From Alphaproteobacteria bacterium (GTDB lineage Bacteria > Pseudomonadota > Alphaproteobacteria > MPNO01 > UBA830): a DNA stretch of 64,000 nucleotides. Of this stretch, positions 9,836 through 18,812 are shown one piece after another (position 1 is the stretch's first letter; each line of letters opens with the position of its first letter). The notes beneath the pieces are model-generated. The model was given only the letters and a program-made list of their open reading frames with translations. It was not told the origin of the DNA and did no database searches. The position numbers and the translations under genes are program-made. The stretch is taken from NCBI GenBank assembly GCA_965243135.1, contig OZ251539.1, positions 4,640,001 through 4,704,000 on the forward strand, in the 5' to 3' direction.

Positions 9836-10606
9836 ATGACTTACATACCGGGCGATCCGGGCAGCAGGCTCAACGCGCGTTTCGAGAACGATCTGCTGGC
9901 GATCGCCGACACCAAGCTGGTGCTCGGCAACTGGTACGCCGAATGCGTGATGAACGGTCGCTCGCTGCCCGACTTCGCGGCGATTCTGGGCATGTGCACC
10001 GCCAACTACGGACATACCCGCGCGATCTATCAGTATCTCGCCGCCCACGGCCGCGACTACGTTCACCTCGAACGCGGGCGCGGGCCCGACGACATTCGTT
10101 CCATGAACCTTCTCGACGAAGCGCCCGCGAACTGGGAAGATTTCATCGTCAGCACATGGCTGGCCGAACTCGCGACCTGGATGTTGACGTCCGGGTTTCT
10201 CAAACAGCGAGACCGCGTCGTCGCCGGCTTCGCCAAGAAGATCGGCGAGGAAACCTACTTCCACCTCAAGTACGCGCATGGATGGTTTCGCGTCATCGGC
10301 GAAGGCGAGAAGGAAACCCGGCGATTTCAGGATTCCTACGCTCGCCGCTTTCCTTTGGCGCTGGAGTGGTTCGGCCCGGAGGAAGAGGATCCGGCGGCGG
10401 AGATGCGCGACGCGCCCATCTCCGAACTCCGGCAGGCGTTCGTCAAGCAGGCCGCCGAGGCCGGCGATCTGCTCGGAGCTTCCCTCGAACGGAACGCGGC
10501 CGTCCGGATTCCCGAGAGCTGGCGGACCGACGCCCGCCGGACCGGGCCGATGCCGGATCGGTTGTTCGAAGTCGTAAGGTTCAAGGATTCCGCGCTTGCC
10601 CATTGA
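9836..10606 (+). CDS. PaaC-like structural subunit of the di-iron epoxidase
   Basis: LLAIADTKLVLG, NYGHTRAIY, AKKIGEETYFH..W, LEWFG; iron ligands incomplete as in PaaC. ATG 9836 with GGAG RBS. Confidence 0.78.
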   Translation: MTYIPGDPGSRLNARFENDLLAIADTKLVLGNWYAECVMNGRSLPDFAAILGMCTANYGHTRAIYQYLAAHGRDYVHLERGRGPDDIRSMNLLDEAPANWEDFIVSTWLAELATWMLTSGFLKQRDRVVAGFAKKIGEETYFHLKYAHGWFRVIGEGEKETRRFQDSYARRFPLALEWFGPEEEDPAAEMRDAPISELRQAFVKQAAEAGDLLGASLERNAAVRIPESWRTDARRTGPMPDRLFEVVRFKDSALAH

Positions 10607-10829
10607 GGGCGTTTCCCGGCGCGGCGCGGCGCGGCGGCACCGGGAACTTCATTCGGACGATCCGGACTTCGGAAACGTAACCTGCCCGGATTGCGGCGGC
10701 GGCGATCTGGAAGTGATTTCCCTGTTCGGCGGCGCGGCGTCCGAGGTCATGTTCCGCTGCAATGCGTGCCGTTCCGCCTTCAACTGGATCAAGTGGGACG
10801 GACGGCTTCCGCCGACCGTCGGAGACTGA
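10596..10829 (+). CDS. Stand-alone zinc-ribbon protein resembling the PaaD C-terminal domain
   Basis: CPDCGG..VISLFGGAASEVMFRCNACRSAFNWIK resembles the PaaD tail CPxCGS..SxFG....RCxxCxEPFxxxK; overlaps the upstream stop. Confidence 0.7.
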   Translation: MPIEGVSRRGAARRHRELHSDDPDFGNVTCPDCGGGDLEVISLFGGAASEVMFRCNACRSAFNWIKWDGRLPPTVGD

Positions 10830-10889
10830 GCGCCGCAGCGCGTCCGCCGCTCCCGGAAGCGCCCGCTCCCGGGCATGTTCTAGCCGAAC

Positions 10890-11582
10890 CTATTCCGCAT
10901 GCGCTTCCTCGCGACGCAGCCACAACGGATTCTTCAATGTCGCAACGAACGCTTCATGGGCGGCCAACTCATCATCCGTAGGGGCGTGCGGGCGCGGCGG
11001 TCGGGCGATCGTCGCCTCCGGTTCGGCTTTCGCGGCTTCCGCCTTCGCAGAGCCCAGATCGAAACCGGGCTGGCGGCCTCCCCGCAACTCAAGATAAACG
11101 CTGGCCAGCAATTCCGCGTCAAGCAAGGCTCCATGCCTCTCGCGGACCGAAATGTCTATTCCGAAACGGCGGCATAAGGCGTCGAGGTTCGCAGGTGCTC
11201 CGGGAAACCGCCTTCTCGCCATCGACACCGTATCGGTCGCCCGGTCCGACGGGATCGGAGGCCGTCCGATTCTGTACAGTTCCTCGTTGAGAAAGCCGAG
11301 ATCGAACGCAGCGTTGTGAATGACCAGCCGGGCGTCGCCGATAAACGAAAAGAAATCTTCGACGACGCCGTCGAAGGTCGGAAAGCCGGAAAGGAACTCA
11401 GCGCTCAGACCATGCACCTCGAACGCTTCGCGCGGAACGTCGCGTTGCGGATTTACGTACCGATGCCAAGTGTTTCCAGTCGCCACGTGATTGAATAGCT
11501 CGACGCAGCCGATTTCGACGAGGCGATGGCCGTCCTTCGGGTCAAGGCCGGTGGTTTCCGTGTCGAGGACGATTTCGCGCAT
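10890..11582 (-). CDS. dnaQ: DNA polymerase III epsilon subunit
   Basis: MREIVLDTETTG, VIHNAAFDLGF, HGALLDAELLA (DEDDh exonuclease). Confidence 0.95.
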   Translation of the reverse strand: MREIVLDTETTGLDPKDGHRLVEIGCVELFNHVATGNTWHRYVNPQRDVPREAFEVHGLSAEFLSGFPTFDGVVEDFFSFIGDARLVIHNAAFDLGFLNEELYRIGRPPIPSDRATDTVSMARRRFPGAPANLDALCRRFGIDISVRERHGALLDAELLASVYLELRGGRQPGFDLGSAKAEAAKAEPEATIARPPRPHAPTDDELAAHEAFVATLKNPLWLRREEAHAE

Positions 11583-12219
11583 TTCGGACGGCGCCTTCCG
11601 CATGGACGTTCGGCGGCCAGCGGCCTGCCGGGAGAGCTCGCGCAAACCTGACGACTCGGACGAGTCGACGCAAGGCATTTCGCTTGCCCGCGCCGCTCGG
11701 CACCACGAAATCCGCGCGGCGGCGTTTTTCGGCGTCGGAAAGCTGCCGCGCCAGAATTCCCCTGAATTTTTCGCCGGTCATGCCCGGCCGTCCCAGAACC
11801 CTGGCGGCCTGAACGAACGGAGGCGCGGACACCACGACCGTAACGTCGCAGCGGGCATCGAGTCCGATCTCGAACAGAAGCGGCACGTCCAGCGCCGCGA
11901 CGGGAACGCGCCGCGCGGCGCAACGTTTTAGAAATCCGTCCTGAATCCCGCGCACCAAGGGGTGAACGATCGCCTCCAGCCGGGCAAGCGCTTCGTCGTC
12001 GCGGAACACGCGTTTGCCGAGCAGATTCCGATCGACGGCTCCGGCCGCGACGACCCCGGGAAACGCCGCGGCAATCGCGGGAACTGCCGCTCCTCCCTTT
12101 CCCAGAACGCGATGAACTGCCGCATCGGAATCGTAGACGGGAACGCCTTCGCGAAGAAGCATGGCCGCCGCCGTCGACTTGCCCATGCCGACGGAACCGG
12201 TCAGGCCCAATACGATCAT
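11542..12219 (-). CDS. coaE: Dephospho-CoA kinase
   Basis: GLTGSVGMGKS P-loop, LEAIVHPLV, DVPLLFE. Confidence 0.95.
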   Translation of the reverse strand: MIVLGLTGSVGMGKSTAAAMLLREGVPVYDSDAAVHRVLGKGGAAVPAIAAAFPGVVAAGAVDRNLLGKRVFRDDEALARLEAIVHPLVRGIQDGFLKRCAARRVPVAALDVPLLFEIGLDARCDVTVVVSAPPFVQAARVLGRPGMTGEKFRGILARQLSDAEKRRRADFVVPSGAGKRNALRRLVRVVRFARALPAGRWPPNVHAEGAVRNARNRPRHGNHRP

Positions 12220-13067
12220 CGGTCCCGCAGATCCGCCAGGACGTGATTTCTCAGCGCCTGGTCGACCGCGGGATCCCGGCCGAACCAGGATCGGAATCCC
12301 GGCCTCGCCTGGTGCAGCAGCATGCCAAGTCCGTCGATCGTCGCGTTGCCGCGCGACCGGGCAGCTTTCAGCAGAGGCGTTTCCAAGGGCGCGTATACGA
12401 TGTCGTAAACGATCGCGGCGGCGGAAAGCGAGGAGAGGTCCATCTCCAAAGCGGCGGCGCCCCGCATCCCGAGCGACGTAGCGTTAACAAGCAGTGCGGC
12501 GTCGTCCAGAATCTCCGTCCGGCTTCGCCACTGCGCGGCGCGAACCGGCTCCCCGAGTTCTCTTTCCAACGCCTCCGCGCGCTCGCGGGTCCGATTTATC
12601 ACCCGAATGTCGAGCGCGCCGGCATCCTGAAGGCTCGCGACGATCGCCCGCGCAGCCCCGCCGGCGCCGATGACGACGGCAGGACCGCTCTCGGCGCGCC
12701 ATTCCGGACAGCTCTCGGCAAGCGCTTCCATGAAGCCGAATCCGTCCGTATTTTCGCCATAGAGGGATCCATCGTCGCGCACGGTCACCGTATTGACGGC
12801 CTGCATTCGTTCCGCCCGGGAATCGACGGCGTTCATGGACGCGAACGCCGCCTGCTTGTGAGGAACGGTAACGTTCACCCCTGCCATTCCCATGGCAGGC
12901 AACGCTCGCAATGCGTCGCCGATCCGATCGGGCGGTATGGATAGCGGAACGTAGACCCCGTCGATTTCGTACTTTTCGAGCCAGAAGTTATGGATTCGCG
13001 GCGAACGCGAATGCTTTACCGGCCAACCCGCGACCCCGGCAACGACGGCGGCTCCCGTAAAGTTCAT
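12216..13067 (-). CDS. aroE: Shikimate dehydrogenase
   Basis: HSRSPRIH, NVTVPHK, NTDGFGF, GAGGAARA, DGLGMLLHQA; ATGA overlap with maf. Confidence 0.95.
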   Translation of the reverse strand: MNFTGAAVVAGVAGWPVKHSRSPRIHNFWLEKYEIDGVYVPLSIPPDRIGDALRALPAMGMAGVNVTVPHKQAAFASMNAVDSRAERMQAVNTVTVRDDGSLYGENTDGFGFMEALAESCPEWRAESGPAVVIGAGGAARAIVASLQDAGALDIRVINRTRERAEALERELGEPVRAAQWRSRTEILDDAALLVNATSLGMRGAAALEMDLSSLSAAAIVYDIVYAPLETPLLKAARSRGNATIDGLGMLLHQARPGFRSWFGRDPAVDQALRNHVLADLRDR

Positions 13068-13675
13068 GCTGCGAGGATTCCGATCTGGCGCAGATATTCC
13101 AGCAACGGCAGCATAGGAAGCCCCATAACGGTAAAATGACTTCCTTCGATCCGGCTGAAAAGCTGGACGCCGATTCCCTCTATTCTGTAGGCGCCCGGCC
13201 CGTTCAGAAAATCGTCCCCGATGGCGTCGAGATAGGATTCCAGAAAATCGTCGCTGACGCGGCGCATTTCGAGTTGCGCGCGATCCACCGCATGCCAAGT
13301 CCGCAGGCCATCCTTCACCGCGACCGCGCAGCTGACGAGTTCGTGGCGCAGACCGCGAAGCGCCTTCAGTTGCGAAAGGGCATCCACCCTGTCGACCGGT
13401 TTGTCGTAGCGCCGGTCGCCGCACTGGAGAACCTGATCCGCGCCTACGACCGTCAGACCCGGCCTCCGCCGCGATACTCCGACGGCCTTCGCTTCGGCAA
13501 GCACTTCGGCGATTCGGGCCGCGGACGCGCCTTCCTCCTCCAGACCAAGCTTGAATTCGCGCTCGTCGACCCTCGGCGCTTCGACGACGAACGACACGCC
13601 GCTCGCTCGCAACAAGCGCTGCCGCGTCGAGCTCGTCGATGCGAGAACGATTTCTTCGCTACCCGCCGGACTCAT
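13064..13675 (-). CDS. maf: Maf family nucleoside triphosphate pyrophosphatase
   Basis: LASTSSTR, GADQVL, GAYRIEG, VMGLP. Confidence 0.9.
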   Translation of the reverse strand: MSPAGSEEIVLASTSSTRQRLLRASGVSFVVEAPRVDEREFKLGLEEEGASAARIAEVLAEAKAVGVSRRRPGLTVVGADQVLQCGDRRYDKPVDRVDALSQLKALRGLRHELVSCAVAVKDGLRTWHAVDRAQLEMRRVSDDFLESYLDAIGDDFLNGPGAYRIEGIGVQLFSRIEGSHFTVMGLPMLPLLEYLRQIGILAA

Positions 13676-14498
13676 CGCCGCGTCCTGCCTGCAACTTCGT
13701 GTAAAGCTGGAATATCGCCGCGGCCGTTTCCTCGATCGAGCGCCTCGTCACGTCGATCACCGGCCACGCGTTCCTCAGGAACACCCTTCTAGCATCCCTG
13801 ATCTCGTTCTTCACGTTGCCCATGTCGACATACGCCGTCTTGGGATCCTGGCCAAGCATCAGAAGACGATTGCGCCGAATCTGGACGAGCCGATCCACCG
13901 AGGCCGTCAACCCGACTACCAGCGCGCCCCCGGAATCGAACAGCTCGTCCGGCAGGGGCGAACCGGGAACGAACGGTATGTTCGCCGTCTTCAGCCCGTA
14001 ATGGTTGGCGAGATAGATGGAGGTCGGAGTTTTCGACGTTCGGGATACCCCGACGAGAACGAGATCGGCCTCCGAAAGGCTGTCGGCCGCCTGACCGTCA
14101 TCATGCGCCATGACGTAATGAAGCGCATCGATCCGATCGAAATAGTCGGAGTTCAGAATGTACTGGCCGCCAGGACGGTTGACGGTTTTCCGGTTGAAGT
14201 GTCCGGCGAAGACGTCGATGACCGGATCGAGCACCGACACGCAAGGAATGTTCAAACGCTGGCATTCCTCGCGAAGCTCGCGGCTCGTCAGAGCGCTGAT
14301 CAACGTGAATATGACGATTCCCGGATTTTCGCGAATGCCCTCGATCACGGGCTCGAGCTGGCCGGTGGAAAGAATCATCGGCCAAAGGTGCTCAATCGCG
14401 GCAACGCCTTCGAACTGGGCCAAGCAGGCGCGCACGACGCCCTGAGTCGTTTCGCCCGTGGCGTCCGAAACCAAATGTATATGGAAAACCTCGCTCAA
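13659..14498 (-). CDS. ppsR: PEP synthase/pyruvate phosphate dikinase regulatory kinase-pyrophosphorylase (DUF299)
   Basis: HLVSDATGET, HDDG, GVSRTSKTPTSIYLA, DVTRRSIEETAA; start estimated at TTG 14498. Confidence 0.9.
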   Translation of the reverse strand: MSEVFHIHLVSDATGETTQGVVRACLAQFEGVAAIEHLWPMILSTGQLEPVIEGIRENPGIVIFTLISALTSRELREECQRLNIPCVSVLDPVIDVFAGHFNRKTVNRPGGQYILNSDYFDRIDALHYVMAHDDGQAADSLSEADLVLVGVSRTSKTPTSIYLANHYGLKTANIPFVPGSPLPDELFDSGGALVVGLTASVDRLVQIRRNRLLMLGQDPKTAYVDMGNVKNEIRDARRVFLRNAWPVIDVTRRSIEETAAAIFQLYTKLQAGRGDESGG

Positions 14499-14499
14499 A

Positions 14500-14870
14500 C
14501 CGATTCGCCCACAATTCCGCCGATTCGCTCCCGCAGCGGGGATAACCCCGTTCTCCCGCCGAAGCAGCCGAAATCCCTCCCGTTCATTCAATGGATGCTC
14601 AGAGGTTATCATGGATTTCCAAGCAAGGCCACATGTAGCTGAAAAAAGGCGCCATGCACGGAATTCACAATTCCGCGGCTCCCTCTAAATTCAAACCCAT
14701 AAACGATTTTTCCGCGTTATGCACATGAACTTCCGCCCGTATCGCTCCTGAATTGTTTCGTGGATTATCTGTGAACGGAATTTTATCCTCATATTTCATG
14801 CATCAATCTAGATCGAACGAATCTATAAATTATAATTATTTAAATCAAATATATTGTTATTGAATGGAAT
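14500..14870. other. Probable chromosomal replication origin (oriC)
   Basis: Gap between divergent ppsR and hemE, the known oriC position in Caulobacter and many alphaproteobacteria. One-mismatch DnaA-box-like 9-mers TTATGCACA (14717-14725) and TTATCCTCA (14783-14791), two-mismatch CGTGGATTA (14759-14767), then an extremely AT-rich tract at about 14820-14863. Confidence 0.75.
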
Positions 14871-14887
14871 TCTGCCATACTAGGCTC

Positions 14888-15910
14888 ATGGACGTTCGCA
14901 AACCAACGATTGCCGCCTTGCTGGGACGGCGGGTGGATCCGCCTCCTGTCTGGTTGATGAGGCAGGCCGGCCGATACCTTCCGGAATATCTTCAGGTACG
15001 AAAACAAGTTCCGGAGTTCCTCGATCTTTGTTTCGATCCTTTCAAAGCCGCGCAAGTGACGCTACAACCGATCGAAAGATTTAATTTCGATGCAGCCATT
15101 CTTTTTTCCGATATTTTGGTCGTTCCGTACGTTCTTGGACAAAAGGTGGAGTTTGCGGAAGGCCCCTGTCTCGATCCCGTGCGCGATGCCGCTGCGCTTG
15201 CGGCTCTGTCCGTCGATCTGACTCAAGACAGGTTTTCCCCGATCTACGAGACGATCGACAGGGTCAAGGAAAAATTATCGAGCGGCGTCGCTCTGGTCGG
15301 TTTCGCGGGCGCGCCATGGACGGTGGCTACCTATATGGTCGAAGGAGGCGGCAGCCGGGATTACGTGAACGTGAAGCGGTGGGCTCTGGGCGACCCCTCC
15401 GGATTTCAGTCCTTGGTCGATCTTCTGGTCGACGTTACGGCGGATTACCTCAAGGGGCAGATCGCCGCCGGCGCGGATGCCGTCCAGCTATTCGACACTT
15501 GGGCGGGAGTCTTGCCGAAGTCGGCGTTCGACAGATTCTGCGCCGCTCCCGTCCTCGATATTGCGCGGCAGGTGAAATCCGGGCATCCGGATACGCCGGT
15601 GGTGGTCTTTCTTCGCGGATCGGCCGTGAATTTGCCGGAGTTGGCGTCGGCTCCCGAGATTGACGCGATCGGAATCGACCATGCGGTCGATCCCGTTTGG
15701 GCGGCGAAGGAAATCCAGCCGCGAGCGGCGGTCCAGGGAAACCTCGATCCGGTTTTGCTGCTAGCCGGAGGTCCCGAACTGGAGCGCGGGGCGCGAGAGA
15801 TCGTTGATTCGTTGTCCGGAGGAGCTCATGTCTTCAATCTGGGACATGGCATTCTGCCCCAGACGCCGGTGGAGCACGTCAAATTCTTGGTCGACCTGAT
15901 CCGATCATGA
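14888..15910 (+). CDS. hemE: Uroporphyrinogen decarboxylase
   Basis: PVWLMRQAGRYLPEY, AAILFSDIL, QGNLDP, FNLGHGI. Confidence 0.96.
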   Translation: MDVRKPTIAALLGRRVDPPPVWLMRQAGRYLPEYLQVRKQVPEFLDLCFDPFKAAQVTLQPIERFNFDAAILFSDILVVPYVLGQKVEFAEGPCLDPVRDAAALAALSVDLTQDRFSPIYETIDRVKEKLSSGVALVGFAGAPWTVATYMVEGGGSRDYVNVKRWALGDPSGFQSLVDLLVDVTADYLKGQIAAGADAVQLFDTWAGVLPKSAFDRFCAAPVLDIARQVKSGHPDTPVVVFLRGSAVNLPELASAPEIDAIGIDHAVDPVWAAKEIQPRAAVQGNLDPVLLLAGGPELERGAREIVDSLSGGAHVFNLGHGILPQTPVEHVKFLVDLIRS

Positions 15911-16926
15911 CCAGAATCGCGGTGGTCGTGTTCAACCTCGGAGGCCCGGACTCGCTCGGAGCGGTTCGTCCATTTCTTAAAAATTTGTTTTCGGATCCGA
16001 TGATCTTGCGCGTGCCCGGCGTTTTGCGCAAGGCGCTGGCAGCTCTGATTTCCCGGCGCCGCGCGCCCGTGGCTCGCGCAAATTACGAAAAAATCGGCGG
16101 TCGTTCGCCCATTCTTTCGGAAACTCGTAAGCAAGCCGTCGCGCTGCAGAACGCCTTGTCGGAAGAAAAGGAAACGTATCGCGTTTTCGTTTCCATGCGT
16201 TATTGGCATCCTTTTGCGGAAGAAACGGTCGCGGAAGTCGCTCGGTGGAAACCCGACCGCGTTTTGCTGCTTCCGCTCTATCCGCAGTTTTCCACCACGA
16301 CGACGGAATCTTTCCTTCGCGTATGGAAGCGGGCTGAGCAAGGAAACGACTTCGATACGCATTTTGTCTGTTGCTGGCCCGATCTCGATGGCTTCGTCCG
16401 TTCCGTCGCGAGCGGCGTCGCAAGCGCCATCGAACGGCTTCCTGCCGGAATTCGGTTTCGAGTGTTGTTCTCCGCGCACGGATTGCCGCAGAAATTCGTC
16501 GATGGCGGAGATCCTTACGAAGCGCAGATTCGCAGAAGCGTGGACGCGGTGGCGAGGAGATTGTCCCTTTGCGGTTCGGATTACGCGATCTGCTATCAGA
16601 GCCGGGTGGGAAGGATGGAGTGGTTGCGACCCTACGCGGAAGACGAGATTCGGCGCGCGGGGGCGGAAGGCGTTGCCCTGGTCGTCGTTCCCATAGCCTT
16701 CGTCAGCGAACATTCGGAAACGCTCGTCGAACTCGATATGGATTATGCCGAACTGGCCGCCTCTTCCGGCGTGCCCAGTTACGAGAGGGTAAGAACCGTC
16801 GGCGACGATCCGAGCTTCATAACGGATCTGGCGGAACTGGTTCGAAGAACCGAATCCAGCGGCCCGGGCGGAAAGGCGTGCGACCCCGCTCTGTCCGAAT
16901 GCCCCTGCCGGGGAAAAGCCGGTTGA
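15907..16926 (+). CDS. hemH: Ferrochelatase
   Basis: FNLGGP, LPLYPQFSTTT, FSAHGLP, FVSEHSETLVELD; Cys-rich C-terminal tail. Confidence 0.96.
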   Translation: MTRIAVVVFNLGGPDSLGAVRPFLKNLFSDPMILRVPGVLRKALAALISRRRAPVARANYEKIGGRSPILSETRKQAVALQNALSEEKETYRVFVSMRYWHPFAEETVAEVARWKPDRVLLLPLYPQFSTTTTESFLRVWKRAEQGNDFDTHFVCCWPDLDGFVRSVASGVASAIERLPAGIRFRVLFSAHGLPQKFVDGGDPYEAQIRRSVDAVARRLSLCGSDYAICYQSRVGRMEWLRPYAEDEIRRAGAEGVALVVVPIAFVSEHSETLVELDMDYAELAASSGVPSYERVRTVGDDPSFITDLAELVRRTESSGPGGKACDPALSECPCRGKAG

Positions 16927-17360
16927 CCGATCTGTATTTTTGGCTGAAGGCCTGTCACGTCGTCAGCGTGATCGCTTGGATGGCGGCCCTTCTCTATCTG
17001 CCGAGGCTTTACGCGTACCACGCAGACGCGGAGCCGGGGTCCGCCACGTCGGAAACGTTCAAGACCATGGAGCGCCGATTGCAGAAAGCGATCATGACGC
17101 CGGCCATGCTTGCGAGCGTCGCGTTCGGGGCGGCCTTGGCAGCGCTGCCGGGGGTAGTCGACTGGACCGCCGGATGGGTCTGGCTCAAGGTCGCCGCGCT
17201 TGCGGCCCTTTTTGCGTATCACGGTCTTCTGATGCGCTGGCGCGGGGATTTCGAGAAGGATGCCAATCCGCGCTCCTCGCGGTTTTACCGGATCGTCAAC
17301 GAGGTTCCTGCGGCGCTGATGATCGTGATCGTGGTTTCGGCGGTCGCGAAGCCGTTCTGA
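16923..17360 (+). CDS. hemJ: Protoporphyrinogen oxidase HemJ
   Basis: WLKACHVVSVIAWMAALLYLPRLYAYH, MERRL, NEVP..KPF; TTG start overlapping the hemH stop. Confidence 0.93.
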   Translation: MTDLYFWLKACHVVSVIAWMAALLYLPRLYAYHADAEPGSATSETFKTMERRLQKAIMTPAMLASVAFGAALAALPGVVDWTAGWVWLKVAALAALFAYHGLLMRWRGDFEKDANPRSSRFYRIVNEVPAALMIVIVVSAVAKPF

Positions 17361-17389
17361 AAATCTGTGTACCGTCGCGAAATTCTTGC

Positions 17390-17418
17390 TTGACATGGCA
17401 TCCGAAGATCTCCATATT
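17390..17418 (+). promoter_or_regulatory. Putative sigma70 promoter of rho
   Basis: TTGACA-17 bp-CATATT about 105 nt upstream of the rho ATG. Confidence 0.55.
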
Positions 17419-17523
17419 GCGGAGACTAGCCGTCCGGCGAAATCCGCGTAAAGCCGACTTTTCCGCATGTCCGCAGCGCGGACGCGCAGTCTTTGCGTCA
17501 CCCGCAACATTCCAGTCGACGCC

Positions 17524-18780
17524 ATGAATCTTCAAGAACTGAAAAAGAAGACGCCTGCCGACTTGATCGCGTATGCCGAGGAACTCGAAATCGAGAACGC
17601 CTCGAACCTGCGCAAGCAGGACATCATGTTCGCGATCCTCAAGCAGCTTGCCGAAAACGACGTGTCTATCTTCGGCGACGGCGTTCTCGAAATTCTGCAG
17701 GACGGTTTCGGTTTCCTGCGTTCTCCGGAAGCGAACTACCTTCCCGGGCCGGACGACATCTACGTGTCGCCGAATCAGATTCGCCGTTTCGGCCTCCGCA
17801 CCGGCGATACGGTCGAAGGCGAAATAAGGGCGCCCCGAGACGGAGAGCGGTACTTCGCTCTTCTCAAGGTCGGTCAAATCAATTTCGACGGACCCGACAA
17901 GGTTCGCCATCGGATAAACTTCGACAACCTGACGCCTCTCTATCCCGACGAGAAGCTGGGACTCGAGTCGATGAACCCGGCGTCGAAGGACATGACGTCG
18001 CGCATCGTCGATCTGATCGCGCCGCTCGGCAAGGGCCAGCGAGCGCTGATCGTCGCGCCTCCGCGCACCGGCAAGACGATGATGCTGCAGGCCATCGCGG
18101 CCGCGATCACCTCGAACCACCCCGAAGTCTATCTGATCGTGCTGCTGATCGACGAACGTCCGGAGGAAGTCACCGACATGCAGCGTTCGGTCGACGGCGA
18201 AGTGGTCAGTTCGACGTTCGACGAGCCCGCGCTGCGTCACGTGCAGGTTTCCGACATGGTGATCGAGAAGGCGAAGCGCCTCGTGGAGCACAAGCACGAC
18301 GTCGTCATCCTGCTCGATTCGATCACGCGCCTGGCGCGCGCTTACAACACGGTGGTGCCGTCGTCCGGCAAGGTGTTGACCGGCGGCGTCGACGCGAACG
18401 CCCTTCAGCGCCCGAAACGTTTCTTCGGAGCGGCGCGCAATATCGAAGAGGGAGGATCGCTGACCATCATCGGCACCGCGTTGATCGATACGGGCTCGCG
18501 CATGGACGAGGTCATATTCGAAGAGTTCAAGGGCACGGGCAATTCGGAGCTCGTGCTCGACAGGAAGCTGGCCGACAAGCGCACTTTTCCGGCGATGGAC
18601 ATCACGAAATCGGGCACCCGCAAAGAAGAGCTTCTGGTCGACAAGGGAGTGCTCGCCAAGATGTGGGTTCTGCGGCGGATCCTCACTCCGATGGGCGTCG
18701 TCGATTCGATGGAATTTCTGCTCGACAAGCTCAAGGGCACGAAGTCGAACACGGACTTCTTCGAAGCGATGAATCAGTAG
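17524..18780 (+). CDS. rho: Transcription termination factor Rho
   Basis: [45 protein letters not shown]. Confidence 0.98.
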   Translation: MNLQELKKKTPADLIAYAEELEIENASNLRKQDIMFAILKQLAENDVSIFGDGVLEILQDGFGFLRSPEANYLPGPDDIYVSPNQIRRFGLRTGDTVEGEIRAPRDGERYFALLKVGQINFDGPDKVRHRINFDNLTPLYPDEKLGLESMNPASKDMTSRIVDLIAPLGKGQRALIVAPPRTGKTMMLQAIAAAITSNHPEVYLIVLLIDERPEEVTDMQRSVDGEVVSSTFDEPALRHVQVSDMVIEKAKRLVEHKHDVVILLDSITRLARAYNTVVPSSGKVLTGGVDANALQRPKRFFGAARNIEEGGSLTIIGTALIDTGSRMDEVIFEEFKGTGNSELVLDRKLADKRTFPAMDITKSGTRKEELLVDKGVLAKMWVLRRILTPMGVVDSMEFLLDKLKGTKSNTDFFEAMNQ

Positions 18781-18812
18781 GTTCCGCGCCGGCGGCGCGA
18801 AATTCGGTCCGC

